This document shows positions 1 to 9,738 of a stretch of DNA of 64,000 nt, in pieces. Position numbers and translations under genes: made by a program. Position 1 is the first letter of the stretch; each line of letters starts with the position of its first letter. The notes below the pieces were generated by a model. That model had not been told where the DNA came from and ran no database searches. It saw only the letters and a list, made by a program, of their open reading frames with translations. The DNA comes from Thermoanaerobaculia bacterium (GTDB lineage: Bacteria; Acidobacteriota; Thermoanaerobaculia; UBA5066), in the NCBI GenBank assembly GCA_963816185.1, contig CAWFJJ010000025.1, forward strand, positions 480,001-544,000, given 5' to 3'.

Positions 1-1447
1 GCTGCTTCATGCAGGCCTGGGCCTGCGCGGCGTGCGTGCGGATCGGGTTCAGGATGCGCCGGAGCGAGAGGAACGCCGGGATCATCGTGATGATGATCAG
101 CGGCAGGATCGCCCACGTCAGGATCCGGAAGACGAGCGTGGTCTTCTTCTCGCGCTCGGCGGCGGCGCGGGTTCTCGCGACGAGCCCCTGCTCGGGGAAG
201 ACCTTCTTCTCGTAGAAGTCCTTGATGAAGAAGGCGCGCGATTTCTTGAAGATGTTCTCGAGGCTCTCGATGATGTCGCCCTGGGAGCCCGACGGGCCCT
301 TCAGGAGGTCGCGCGTGGCCTGCGCGATCGGCTTGCCCTGCTGCACGCCGCTCGAGATGTAGAACCCGCGGAAGACGAACGGCTCGTCGTAGCGGCTTTG
401 CGTCAGGATGCCGTCGAGGTAGCGCCGGACCGGCTCCTTCAGGGCGCTCAGCTCCTCGGGGAAGACGATGAACCGGTCGGCGTTCGCGACATTTTCCTCG
501 CTCGCGAGGAACTTGAGCCGGAGCTTGTGGACGCGCGTGATGATCTGGTCCCAGGCCGCGTCCACGACGGCGGGGTCGTACGGCTTCTCGGGGCCGGCCG
601 GATTCGACCAGCCGAAGAGCTGGCGCTGCTCGACCGGGTCGAGCTTCGTGAAGAACTCCGAGAAGCCGAGCGCGCGGTCGGCCTTCGTGATCAGGAAGAA
701 GATCGGGAACCGGATGTCGAGGAGGCGCTGGATGTGGATCAGCTTCGCCCGGATGTTCTGCGCCTTCTTGTCCTGCTCTTCCGGCGTGTCCTCGAGGAGC
801 GACGTGGCCGGAATGACGACGAGGACGCCGTTGATGGGGCAGTAGGGCCGGTGCTTTCTCAGGAGCTTGAGGAAGCTCGACCACTCCGACGCGTCGGGGG
901 CCGCTTCCTCCTGGAACGTGAAACGCCCGGCCGTGTCGAGGATGACGGCCTCGTTCGCGAACCACCAGTCGCAATTTCGCGTTCCCCCGGCGCCCGAGAG
1001 CGCGTCTCCCCCCACGGGGAACTCGAGGCCGGAGTTCTTGAGCGTCGTGCTCTTTCCCGACTGCGGCTCGCCGATGAGGAGGTACCAGGGCAGCGAGTAG
1101 ATGTCGAGCCCCGCCCCCTTCAGGTTCTGCACCGCCTCCAGCCACTTGACGGAGAGATCCTTCAGCGCCTCGCGCACCTCTTCCTTCGACGCGCCGGCGG
1201 ACTGCGAGTCCTTTCTCAGCTCGCCCTCGAAGGCTTTGCCCTTCTGCTTCTCGCGGCCCTTGCGCAGCTGCTCGAAGATGACGACGGCCACCACGATGAG
1301 GAGCAGTCCGAGCAGGAAGAGCCACCAGTATTTCTGGAGCCCGAGAAGGTTGATGAGGAAGTAGCCCAGGGGAATGAACAGGACGGCGGCGGCGAGGTAC
1401 TTGATCGGCTTCGGAAGCCCCGAGAGCAGCGAAAGGAACTCTTGCAT
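1..1447 (-). CDS. tssM: Type VI secretion membrane subunit TssM/IcmF, N-terminal part (runs off the window start)
   Basis: Manual minus-strand translation from ATG 1447 (absent from the ORF track): two TM helices, then LPWYLLIGEPQSGKSTTLKNSGLEFP...GGTRNCDWWFANEAVILDTAGRF...PINGVLVVIP, typical IcmF motifs; follows tssL. Confidence 0.93.
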   Translation of the reverse strand, partial: MQEFLSLLSGLPKPIKYLAAAVLFIPLGYFLINLLGLQKYWWLFLLGLLLIVVAVVIFEQLRKGREKQKGKAFEGELRKDSQSAGASKEEVREALKDLSVKWLEAVQNLKGAGLDIYSLPWYLLIGEPQSGKSTTLKNSGLEFPVGGDALSGAGGTRNCDWWFANEAVILDTAGRFTFQEEAAPDASEWSSFLKLLRKHRPYCPINGVLVVIPATSLLEDTPEEQDKKAQNIRAKLIHIQRLLDIRFPIFFLITKADRALGFSEFFTKLDPVEQRQLFGWSNPAGPEKPYDPAVVDAAWDQIITRVHKLRLKFLASEENVANADRFIVFPEELSALKEPVRRYLDGILTQSRYDEPFVFRGFYISSGVQQGKPIAQATRDLLKGPSGSQGDIIESLENIFKKSRAFFIKDFYEKKVFPEQGLVARTRAAAEREKKTTLVFRILTWAILPLIIITMIPAFLSLRRILNPIRTHAAQAQACMKQ

Positions 1448-1452
1448 GGCGC

Positions 1453-2155
1453 CTACATGAGCCCCATCGCCAGGAGCCCCATCCCCTGCACCACGGTCCG
1501 GAGGTCGTCGACCGAGCGGGCCCACATGAGCCACGTGATCGCGTAGTAGAGGAAGAGGATCCCGACCCCGACGATCGCCACGCGGGCGAGAGTGATCGCG
1601 GGGGACAGCTTGCGCGCCGGCGCCGCCGTCACGTGATACGCGTCGGGCGTGATCTTCTCGCCCACGTCCGCGAGGTACTCCGCCAGGATTCGGTAGACGC
1701 GGTTCTTGACCTCGACGGCCTTCTCGGGGCGCTCACGGTACTTGCCGCGGAACCCGAGCGCCAGCCCGGTGAACACGATCGCCGCGAGCTCCGTGTCTTC
1801 GGGACGGAGGTCCTTGGCGATCGAGAAGAACTGGTCGCCCCCGATGTTCGTCTTGAAGTACTTCTCCTCGAAGAGGTGCTGCTCCCACTCGGCGGCTGTG
1901 GTCCCAGCCGGAATGGAGGAGGATCTCGTCCGCGAGGACGACGAGCGGATACCGCGCCTTCTCGTAGAGCGCGTCGAGCCGCGGGTCTCCCCGGGCGGCG
2001 CGCGCCTGCTCGCTGAAGATCTCCTCGAGATCGGCGGCGACGGCGTCGGGCTCGAGCCGGACGCCGCGGCGGACCTTCTGCCGGAACGCGGCGAGGAAGA
2101 GAAAGAGGCGGGAGCAGAGCCGGAACAGGTCGGTCGTGCTGTTGCTGCTATCCAC
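1453..2155 (-). CDS. tssL: Type VI secretion TssL/DotU, with one frameshift near 1897
   Basis: ORF 1733..2155 (ARYPLVVLADEILLHSGWD) joins another frame (EWEQHLFEEKYFKTNIGGDQFF...LALGFRGKY + C-terminal TM); one extra base in GAC CAC A GCC GCC GAG TGG. Confidence 0.85.
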
Positions 2156-3519
2156 GGGTCGCGCCCACCGGCTTGGAGACGACGTACAGGAAGAACTTGA
2201 GCTTCGGGTCGAGCATCCCCGACACCGCCATCACGTGATCCTTCGCGACGTTGGCCCAGTAGATTCCCTCTTTCTCGATGGTGAAGTAAAAGTGGTCGTC
2301 CCCGGCCGGAAGCCCCGACGGGATCCGCTTGAGCATCTCGAGATCGAGGCCGAAGAGGCGCCGCTGCCGAAGGAGCGGAATGTCGTGGACGGCGCCGACC
2401 TTCATCGTGTTGAGCCGTTCCTTCAGATCGCGCTCGGGCAGATCCGTCTCCACGGAGAGGTAGAACTCGGCTTCGCTCGTGAACCATTCGGGCTGCATGT
2501 CCGCGACGAGAAGATCGTCCCTGAGGACGAACTCGACCCGGAGGAAGCGCGAAGCGACGACCTTCTCCGTGAGCAGCTCGATGTTGTGGCAGAGGTCGAA
2601 GAAGCAGGGGCCGAGGCGGTCGTGGTCGTAGAGCGGCACCTTCAGGGGCCGGCGCCCCTCGTCGAAGATGGCGAGATCTCCGAGAAGGCGGGCGAACTCG
2701 CAGTAGACGGGGAAGGGATGGACGCGCGGGATCCGCGTGAGCTGCTGGAGAATGTAGACGAAGCTGCCGAGGATCTTCAGCTTCATCAGGGTCTGCCAGC
2801 CCGACGTCCCTTCCGACTCGATGGCCAGGCGACCCGAGGCCACCTCGGTCAGGACGAGCCGATGCTTGGCCTCGAGCCGGTTCGTGACCGACTCGCAGAG
2901 GGTCTGAAGCGCCGCGGACGCCCCGATCTCCGTCACCGGCGGGATGAAGTCCTTCGAAAGGACGGGGAAGTTCTTTCCCTGGCCCGAGCGCTCGACGATG
3001 GCGAGAGGCACGCACTCGTAGCCGTCCCGGTTCTCGGTCCCGAAGAAGAGGCGCCCGTTCACGAGGCGCGTCTCGACGGGCTGGCGGTTCGCTCCGGTGT
3101 TCTCGTCCGGCACCTCGAGGACCTCGGCGGTCAGGCGCCGGTCCTGCCCTCGCCGGTCCTCGCCGGGGAAGAAGGTATTCGGCGCGTCCTCGCGGAAGAC
3201 CGGAACGCCCAGGAAGACGTCCATCCGCCCACCCGCCTGCTCGAGCTCGGCCTTGAACGGGCGCGGAAAGATGCGGAGGTTCGAGCCGGCCGAGAGGATG
3301 GACCCGTCCTTGAGCTTCGCCTCGATGTCGCGCAGCTCGAAGACGAAGTTCTCCAGCTGATCGGCGGCGACCTCCATCCGGGTGAGGCCCCAGAAGAAGG
3401 GCTGGATGCGCCGCACCTCGTCGTGGAGCGCTCTCCTCCCGGAATCGCTCCGCCGCCTGCAGGTGATGCGGCCGAAGGAACATCCCCTCGGCCCAGAGGA
3501 CAGGCCGGCTCTTTTTCAC
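2148..3519 (-). CDS. tssK: Type VI secretion baseplate TssK, with one frameshift near 3432
   Basis: N-terminal VLWAEGMFLRPHHLQ motif in one frame continues into ORF 2148..3416 (PFFWGL...HPFPVY...PLYDHDRLGPCF); GTG start overlaps upstream TGA. Confidence 0.88.
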
Positions 3520-3989
3520 GGCTGGACGATCGTGAAGTCCCGGTCGCGGACCTGGACCCGAATCGTCCGGCCCTTCCACTGATTCCTGTTCAGGACGACC
3601 AGGTAGCGCCCCGGGTCGGCCGTCTGGAAGCGGTAGTCCGCGACGATCACGAGAAACTTGTCGTCCTTGGTCGCCGGGACGGTCAGCTCCTTCTCGCAGC
3701 GCCCCTCGGACTGCGAGAAGGTGGCGGTCCGCGTCCTGTCCCTGAGGGAATCCCGGAGCGGGTCGTAGAACCACTTTTCGCCGAGGGCGCGGATCCTCTC
3801 GACCTCGCTCTCCGTGGCCCTGACGGCGTCGACCGTGAGGAGCGTCCCGCCGTTGATCTCGGGCGTACAGGTGAAGGCGATTTTCGCCGCGGCGGAGCCG
3901 CACCCACCGGCGAACGCGGCACCGGCGATCGCGAGGGCGAGGGCGGCGAAACGAGGGAACCGGTCTGGCTTCCTGTCGGAGGTCGGCAT
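3516..3989 (-). CDS. Lipoprotein in the TssJ position (TssJ-like)
   Basis: Signal peptide with lipobox-like AGGC, about 157 aa, IVADYR motif, directly upstream of tssK. Confidence 0.65.
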   Translation of the reverse strand: MPTSDRKPDRFPRFAALALAIAGAAFAGGCGSAAAKIAFTCTPEINGGTLLTVDAVRATESEVERIRALGEKWFYDPLRDSLRDRTRTATFSQSEGRCEKELTVPATKDDKFLVIVADYRFQTADPGRYLVVLNRNQWKGRTIRVQVRDRDFTIVQP

Positions 3990-3994
3990 CGCGT

Positions 3995-5941
3995 CTATTT
4001 CCTCTTGTTGAGCTTGTCGAATTCCGCCTGCGAGAAGCGCGCCGCGGCCTGGAGAACCTGATCCTGGACGAGATCGGGGTTGAGGTCCTTCACGAGGTCG
4101 CGATACTGGTTCCACCATTCCGCCGTCTCCCCGCGGAGCTTCCACCCCGCTCCCGGTTTCCCCGCTTCGATGACTGCCGGGCTGATTCTCTTCCAGAGCT
4201 TGGTGAACCACAACTTCGGCGCCTCGTGATGCCCCGCCGAGATGGCGATCTGCCAGCGCCGGAGCTCGGCGAGGTAGTCCCGCACGTCGTCCGGGTTGAC
4301 CTCTTTCCCCTCGGCGGCCGCGGCGAGGAACCCGCTCAGGCGGTCGCGGAAGTTCGGCAGGCGGAAGCTCGCGGTCTCGGCGCCCGGCATCGTCATCGCC
4401 TCGACGAGGCCGAGGACGAACGTCTCGACGTCCTGGGCGAAGCGGAGGACGTCGCGGACGACGGCGAGACGGGGCTCGAGCGTCGAGTCGTTGTCGTCCT
4501 CCTTCGTCAGCAAGGTCCGCCATGGCAGAGCCGCGGCGACGGCCGTCTTGGACGCGGCCGCGGCCGGACGGGAGGCTGCCTCGGCGAGACGCCGCTCCAG
4601 CTCGGCGACTCGGCGACGCAGCCGGAGCTCCTCGAGGTTCGGCACGTCGCCCGGCGCGACGACGGGGAACTGCAGTCTCAGCTGCTCCAGGACGCGCGGC
4701 CTCCTGTCGGGTTGGAGGGCATAAAGCTCCCGGACGACGAGAGACCTGAGAGCTTCGCGCCGGTCGGCAGGCGTCGAGAAGCGGTAGGCGGCGGACTCGT
4801 TGAGGAGCGCGTCGCCGAGCTCGCGCGCCTTCCGATCGAGAGCGATCTCTTCCTCGGTGAGAGGGCCGCCGGCGAGCGCCGCCCCGGGGCCGGCGGGGGC
4901 GAGGGCCTGCTCGCGCCGCGGCGCTTCCTCCGAAGGCCGCGCGACGGGAGCGGGGATCTTCTGGTCGACAAAGTCCTCCGCGGCTCTCATGGTCCTCGTC
5001 TTCTGCGAAGGCGGGCGGCGGATCTGGCCCGAGGGCGACGTGGCGGCGGCGACGAGCCGCGACGGCGGCGGAGGCGAGGGAGGAGGCGCCGGCTTCGGCT
5101 CCTCCCCAGCGCCGAGATCCCCGAGCCGGCGCGCGAGCCACGAGCCCACGGCGCTCTCGGTGTCCCGCCGGAGCAGCGTCAACAGCTCGTGGCGGAGCGT
5201 CGTCTCGAGCTCCACCGCGGACGAGTCGACGTGACTGCGCTGGCATTCCTCGATCAGGAAGCCGACCTTGGGCGAGAGGATCAGCTCGTCGGAGCCCGTC
5301 TTGAGGCCGATCGGCTGGAGGAAAAGGTCATTCAGCCACGTGTACGGGCCCGAGAAGAGACGGCCTTCCCACAGCTCCGTCAGCGCCTGCTCGCGCGACC
5401 AGCTCGCATCTCTCAGGATCCGCTGAATGCTCGCGCTGCGCGAGCGGAGGATCGAGTCGCAGAGGTGACGCGTGTCGGTGAACAGCTCGCCGCGCTGGAC
5501 GGCCGCTTCGCGGGCGCCGCGCATGATGCTCTGAACGGCCGGGTCCGGCCACGCCTCCCCCCTGAGGACGCGCGGGAACGGCATCTCCGGAAGGGGCGCA
5601 TCGACGAGCCGGACCCTGACCGGCGTCGACGAGACGAGGAAGACGTCGCCCGAGCGGATCTCGATCTCGCCCGTGACGTGGCCGGCCTGGACCGAGGTGC
5701 CGTTCGTCGACCCGGCGTCTTTCAGGAAGAGCCGGCCGCGCTCGTAGCGAAGCTCCGCGTGGGTCGACGAGACGCCGTGGCCGTACGAGAGGACGAACTC
5801 GTTCCTCGTGTTCGTCTTCTTGTCCACGGACACCCGGCCGATGTGGATCGTCGCTGGCGCGCTCCCGGCCGGGGTGACGTGGCGAAGCCCTTCCATCGGC
5901 CCGAGCCAGACCTCGACGGCGACGAAGACCGGCTCTCTCAC
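3995..5941 (-). CDS. FHA-domain protein (TagH/Fha-like) with Clp-N-like helical segment, Pro-rich linker and coiled coil
   Basis: IGR...VSSTHAEL...DAGSTNGT FHA motifs; GTG start overlapping upstream TGA; C-terminal part of ORF 3995..7153. Confidence 0.75.
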   Translation of the reverse strand: MREPVFVAVEVWLGPMEGLRHVTPAGSAPATIHIGRVSVDKKTNTRNEFVLSYGHGVSSTHAELRYERGRLFLKDAGSTNGTSVQAGHVTGEIEIRSGDVFLVSSTPVRVRLVDAPLPEMPFPRVLRGEAWPDPAVQSIMRGAREAAVQRGELFTDTRHLCDSILRSRSASIQRILRDASWSREQALTELWEGRLFSGPYTWLNDLFLQPIGLKTGSDELILSPKVGFLIEECQRSHVDSSAVELETTLRHELLTLLRRDTESAVGSWLARRLGDLGAGEEPKPAPPPSPPPPSRLVAAATSPSGQIRRPPSQKTRTMRAAEDFVDQKIPAPVARPSEEAPRREQALAPAGPGAALAGGPLTEEEIALDRKARELGDALLNESAAYRFSTPADRREALRSLVVRELYALQPDRRPRVLEQLRLQFPVVAPGDVPNLEELRLRRRVAELERRLAEAASRPAAAASKTAVAAALPWRTLLTKEDDNDSTLEPRLAVVRDVLRFAQDVETFVLGLVEAMTMPGAETASFRLPNFRDRLSGFLAAAAEGKEVNPDDVRDYLAELRRWQIAISAGHHEAPKLWFTKLWKRISPAVIEAGKPGAGWKLRGETAEWWNQYRDLVKDLNPDLVQDQVLQAAARFSQAEFDKLNKRK

Positions 5942-8085
5942 GCGCGCCCCTCGGAAGAACGCTCGCTCTCCTGAATCTCGGCAAGGATCTGCTGGATCTC
6001 GAGGTGGACCGACTGTCGCGCGAAGAGAAGAGACTGCAGCTCGGCCAGAAGCGAGGCGACTTCGGGGACGACCCGCTCGAGCTTCTCCTCCCGGAAAAGC
6101 GGGTCGAAGTCGGCGGCAGAGGCCGCGATCGAGAACCCCGCGATGCGCGTGACGAGACGGAGCGCGAGGAGGACCGCCCGCTCCCAGAGCGATTCCGGAA
6201 TGGCGTTCGGCCGGTCGCCTCGGCGGTCGTCGCGGCTCCAGAGGATCTGCGCCTTCGAGAAGGCTCCCGCCGCGTCCGGAACGCGTTTGAGGAGCGCCGC
6301 GAGCGTGACGTTCCGCCGCGCCTCGCCGGGCGCGAGCGACGCAACCTCCCGGGAGAGCCGGTCGGTCGCCTTGAGGACCGAGGCAACGTCCTGTCCGTCG
6401 TTTCTGAGCAGCAGGCGGAGCAGGGTGACGCCGAGAGCGTGCAAGTCGCTCGGCGTGCCGAAATCCGGAAAGACGCGATACCGGGCCCCGGGAATCTTCG
6501 TGCCGAGCGCCAGGCGGAGGCGGCGCATGCCGCTCTCCCCGAGCGCGACGAGATCGCTCGCGAACGCCGCCTCGTCCGAGCGGACTTCCCCGGGCGTCGC
6601 GCGCGCGGCGAGGCCGGTGAAACCGAAGTCGAGCGTCGGGTCGGGGATCGACAGGAAGATCGTGTCGCGCGCCTGCGGCGAGGGATAGAGACCGTATGCG
6701 TCGGAGACCCGGCCGCGGAGGCGGAAGCGTCGCGATCCCGTCCCTTCCTCCTCGAGGTCGGTGAAGACGAGCTCGCACGGCCGGTATCCGGCCAGGCGGA
6801 ACTCCTGGATCTCGGGGGGCGCATAGGGAACGGACAGGCCGTGTCCGGGCAGGACGACCGACGGCGATCCCGGGGCGGGGAGCGTCACCGCGGAAGCGGC
6901 CAGGCCGTGAATCCGCGCCTGAAACGTCCAGAAGAGCGGGAGGCCGTCGCCGGCTCCCGAAAGCTCGAAGAGGAGGTGGCGGGGGTGGAGATCGAGGTGC
7001 GGGCGTCCGGCGGCCCGGTAATAGTCGATGAGGCCTTCGAGGATCTGGCGGAACGCGGTCAGCTTCAGGAAGAAGATCTCGACGGCATCGAGGCCGGAGC
7101 TCTCCGTTTCGAAGAGGAGTCGACGAGTGGGTGCGGGCGCTCCGATGAGCCACGCCCAGCGCGCGGGGAGCGTCCCGCCCGCACCTGAGTTCCGGACCTC
7201 GAACTCCTCCCAGGGCCGGCCGCCGAGCGCATCGGCGAGCGCTTCCAGGTCGAGAGGAGCCGCCACGGTCACGAGGAAGGGCGACCCGTAAAGAGTCAGA
7301 GGCGTGAACAGATCCCCGGCATTCGCGCCGCCCGAGGCGTCCGGAGCGGGAAGGGAGCGCGCTGCCTTCGCGGTCTCCTCGCCGACGAGAGCTGCCGCCT
7401 CCTCCTCCGTGAAGACTTCGCGAAGAGAGCGGAGAAAATCGTCGAGAAGTTCCGAGGCGGAGCGGACGGTCGCGCCCGGCGTGCGGATCTGCGACGTCGT
7501 GTAAACGGTCGGCGCTCCAGGTCCCTCTGCGCAGCTTTCACACCAGACGAGGCGCTCCCGCGACGAGGCGTAGGGCGGGAGGCCGGTGCGCGCGAGCCAC
7601 GCCTCGTCTCGGCACAGCGAGAGCGGACTCTTGCAGACGGGGCAGGGCGGAACGAAGAACGAGCGCCCGACGCGCGAATAGAAGAGAGGAGGAAGGCGAT
7701 CCGCCGCCTCTCCCGCCGTGGAGTCGAGGCGGACGAACCGCGGGAAGTGCGGCGACTGCGCGTTGAGGTCGACGAGACGCGATCTCTCCCTCTCCCAGCG
7801 ATCCTCGACATCGCGGTTCGACATTTCGAGCGCGCCCGGCGTCACGCCGTCCGGCCAAGCGTCCGGCAGCAATTTCAGCGCACAAAGCTCGAGCAGCGTG
7901 TCGTCGTCCCCCTTCACCGCTGCGAGGTAGACGCGCGCGAGATCGTCGGCCTCCGAGAGGCGCACGAAAGGCGAATGCTCGCGGCCCTCGCCCGAGACAT
8001 CCAGGACGAGGTGCAGGCCGAAGGGAGCGCTCGCCCCCGCCGGCGGCAGGAGTCGCGCGGTCTCGATCCCTCCGGGCTCTCGCAC
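5938..8085 (-). CDS. Degenerate Ser/Thr protein-kinase-fold protein with Zn-ribbon insertion
   Basis: ALKLLP, HLDLHPRHLLF, PYAPPE and SDLHALGVTLLRLL resemble kinase subdomains II, VIb, VIII and IX; CPVC...CESC insert. Confidence 0.6.
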   Translation of the reverse strand: MREPGGIETARLLPPAGASAPFGLHLVLDVSGEGREHSPFVRLSEADDLARVYLAAVKGDDDTLLELCALKLLPDAWPDGVTPGALEMSNRDVEDRWERERSRLVDLNAQSPHFPRFVRLDSTAGEAADRLPPLFYSRVGRSFFVPPCPVCKSPLSLCRDEAWLARTGLPPYASSRERLVWCESCAEGPGAPTVYTTSQIRTPGATVRSASELLDDFLRSLREVFTEEEAAALVGEETAKAARSLPAPDASGGANAGDLFTPLTLYGSPFLVTVAAPLDLEALADALGGRPWEEFEVRNSGAGGTLPARWAWLIGAPAPTRRLLFETESSGLDAVEIFFLKLTAFRQILEGLIDYYRAAGRPHLDLHPRHLLFELSGAGDGLPLFWTFQARIHGLAASAVTLPAPGSPSVVLPGHGLSVPYAPPEIQEFRLAGYRPCELVFTDLEEEGTGSRRFRLRGRVSDAYGLYPSPQARDTIFLSIPDPTLDFGFTGLAARATPGEVRSDEAAFASDLVALGESGMRRLRLALGTKIPGARYRVFPDFGTPSDLHALGVTLLRLLLRNDGQDVASVLKATDRLSREVASLAPGEARRNVTLAALLKRVPDAAGAFSKAQILWSRDDRRGDRPNAIPESLWERAVLLALRLVTRIAGFSIAASAADFDPLFREEKLERVVPEVASLLAELQSLLFARQSVHLEIQQILAEIQESERSSEGRA

Positions 8086-8149
8086 TGATCGAGATGATCG
8101 GTTTCTCCGGTAACGCCGTCAAGAAGAGGGGGCGGCGATCCGTGCGGGG

Positions 8150-9118
8150 TCAGGCGTGGAACACGAGCCGCTGCTTGCCGAGTGTGAGCACGTCGCCGTC
8201 CACGAGCTGGACCTTGTCCACCTTCCGACCGTTCACGACGACGCCGTTCTCCGACTCGAGATCGACCACGTAGACGCCGGACGGCCCGACGATCACCTGC
8301 GCGTGCTTGCGCGAGACGTCGGGTGTCGGCAGGTGGATGTCGCTCAGGGCAAGGCGCCCCAGAACGGAGACGCCCGGCTTCAAGGGAAACTCCTTCGCGA
8401 TCCGGTCCCCGTCCAGGAGCGCGAGGCGGGCGCGCGTCAGGACGACGGTGGCCTCCGGAGGCTCGGGCGCCGCCGCCACGGGCGGCCTTCCGAACGGAGG
8501 CGGCGGCTTGATGACGTTCTCGACGGGCTCGGGGGCCGGCGGGGCCGGCGGGGCCGGAGGGGCCGGAGGGGCGGATCGCGCCTGGGGCTGCGGGGCCGGG
8601 GGGGCAGATCGCACGGGGGGCGGTGGGGCCGGAGGAGCAGGTCCCTCGGAGGCTGAGTCGGCGGTCTCGAGATCCTCCTCGGACCGGAAAGCGTCCAGGA
8701 ACGTCGCCTTCATCTGCAAGACCGCCTCGAGATCCTGGCGCTCTTCGGCGAGGTGCTTCTCACAGGCCGTAAGCCGTTCTTTGTAGGCCCCGTCCGGGAA
8801 CTCGCCCAGCTCGCGGCGGAAATCGACCTCCTCCTTATCGAATGACGCGGCCTCGACGGCCTGCTCGACCTCGCGACGCAGGGCCTGAAGCCGCCGGTAT
8901 TCGCGGCGCGCCTGCTCCTTGAGAGGCCGCGACTCCTGGTCGAGCGCCACGCGCCTCGTCTCGTAGTCCTTTCGAACCCGCTCGTACACGGCCGGCGATA
9001 CCTTCTCCGCGCGGAGCTCCATGCTCTTCAGGCGCTCCGCGAGGAGCAGCTCCTCTTTCTTGATACGGACGAGGTCGGCGATGGGGGACAGATCGATCCG
9101 GCTCAGCTCTTCACGCAT
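8150..9118 (-). CDS. Coiled-coil / Pro-rich / C-terminal FHA domain protein
   Basis: LGR...DVSRKHA...DLESENGVVVNG FHA motifs; PPA-repeat linker. Confidence 0.85.
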   Translation of the reverse strand: MREELSRIDLSPIADLVRIKKEELLLAERLKSMELRAEKVSPAVYERVRKDYETRRVALDQESRPLKEQARREYRRLQALRREVEQAVEAASFDKEEVDFRRELGEFPDGAYKERLTACEKHLAEERQDLEAVLQMKATFLDAFRSEEDLETADSASEGPAPPAPPPPVRSAPPAPQPQARSAPPAPPAPPAPPAPEPVENVIKPPPPFGRPPVAAAPEPPEATVVLTRARLALLDGDRIAKEFPLKPGVSVLGRLALSDIHLPTPDVSRKHAQVIVGPSGVYVVDLESENGVVVNGRKVDKVQLVDGDVLTLGKQRLVFHA

Positions 9119-9245
9119 GCTCGCGAATCCCTCGAGTGAATCCCGCGAAAGGGAAGGCGGGAGGCAAGTTTAGCAGCCCCGCCGGGGAATCCGGCCCCCG
9201 CGGCCCTTTTCACCCGAGACATGCTTATAATTCGAGAATACACAA

Positions 9246-9734
9246 GTGAAATTCAACCGCCGGATCCTCCAGGCTTCGTTCTCGACCGCGCAGGTCGCCC
9301 GGTTGACCGGGCTCTCCGCACGGCAGCTCGATCATTGGGACCGGCTCGGGTTCTTTTCGCCGTCTCTCGCGAGCGCCAGAGGTTACGGCTCGAGGCGCAG
9401 ATATTCGTTCGGCGACGTCGTGAGGCTCCGCGTCGCGGGCCGGCTGCGCGCCGCCGGGTTCGGACTCAAGGAAGTGCGTCGTGTCGTGGAGACGCTTCGG
9501 CGCCTCGACCCTTCGAAGCCCGACGTCTCCGGCGCGCGTCTCCTGGTCGCGCAGGGGCGGGTCCTGTGGGCCCGGACCGACAGCGAGCTCGTGGATCTCC
9601 TCCACGGCGGCCAGCTCATGCTCGTCTTCCCCGTGGGTGAGACCGTGGAGGACGTCGCGCGCGCGGCGGAGTCTCTCGCGCGCGAAGCGGAGGGCGGCCT
9701 CGCGGGCGCCGTCTCGGCCCGGCGCCAAGCCTGA
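9246..9734 (+). CDS. MerR-family HTH transcriptional regulator
   Basis: FSTAQVARLTGLSARQLDHWDRLG...RRRYSFGDVVRL; TATAAT at 9226-9231 just upstream. Confidence 0.85.
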   Translation: MKFNRRILQASFSTAQVARLTGLSARQLDHWDRLGFFSPSLASARGYGSRRRYSFGDVVRLRVAGRLRAAGFGLKEVRRVVETLRRLDPSKPDVSGARLLVAQGRVLWARTDSELVDLLHGGQLMLVFPVGETVEDVARAAESLAREAEGGLAGAVSARRQA

Positions 9735-9738
9735 ACGA

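Noticed and set aside
32-1546. Long plus-strand ORF (504 aa) and many similar Arg/Ala/Gly-rich long ORFs (e.g. 2136..4061, 33131..35101, 48128..49906)
   Set aside because: Antisense or off-frame shadows of real genes, expected in high-GC DNA; no recognisable motifs
8530-8640. Tandem 9-bp GGGGCCGGN repeats
   Set aside because: They encode the Pro-Pro-Ala linker of the FHA protein; no spacers, so not a CRISPR array
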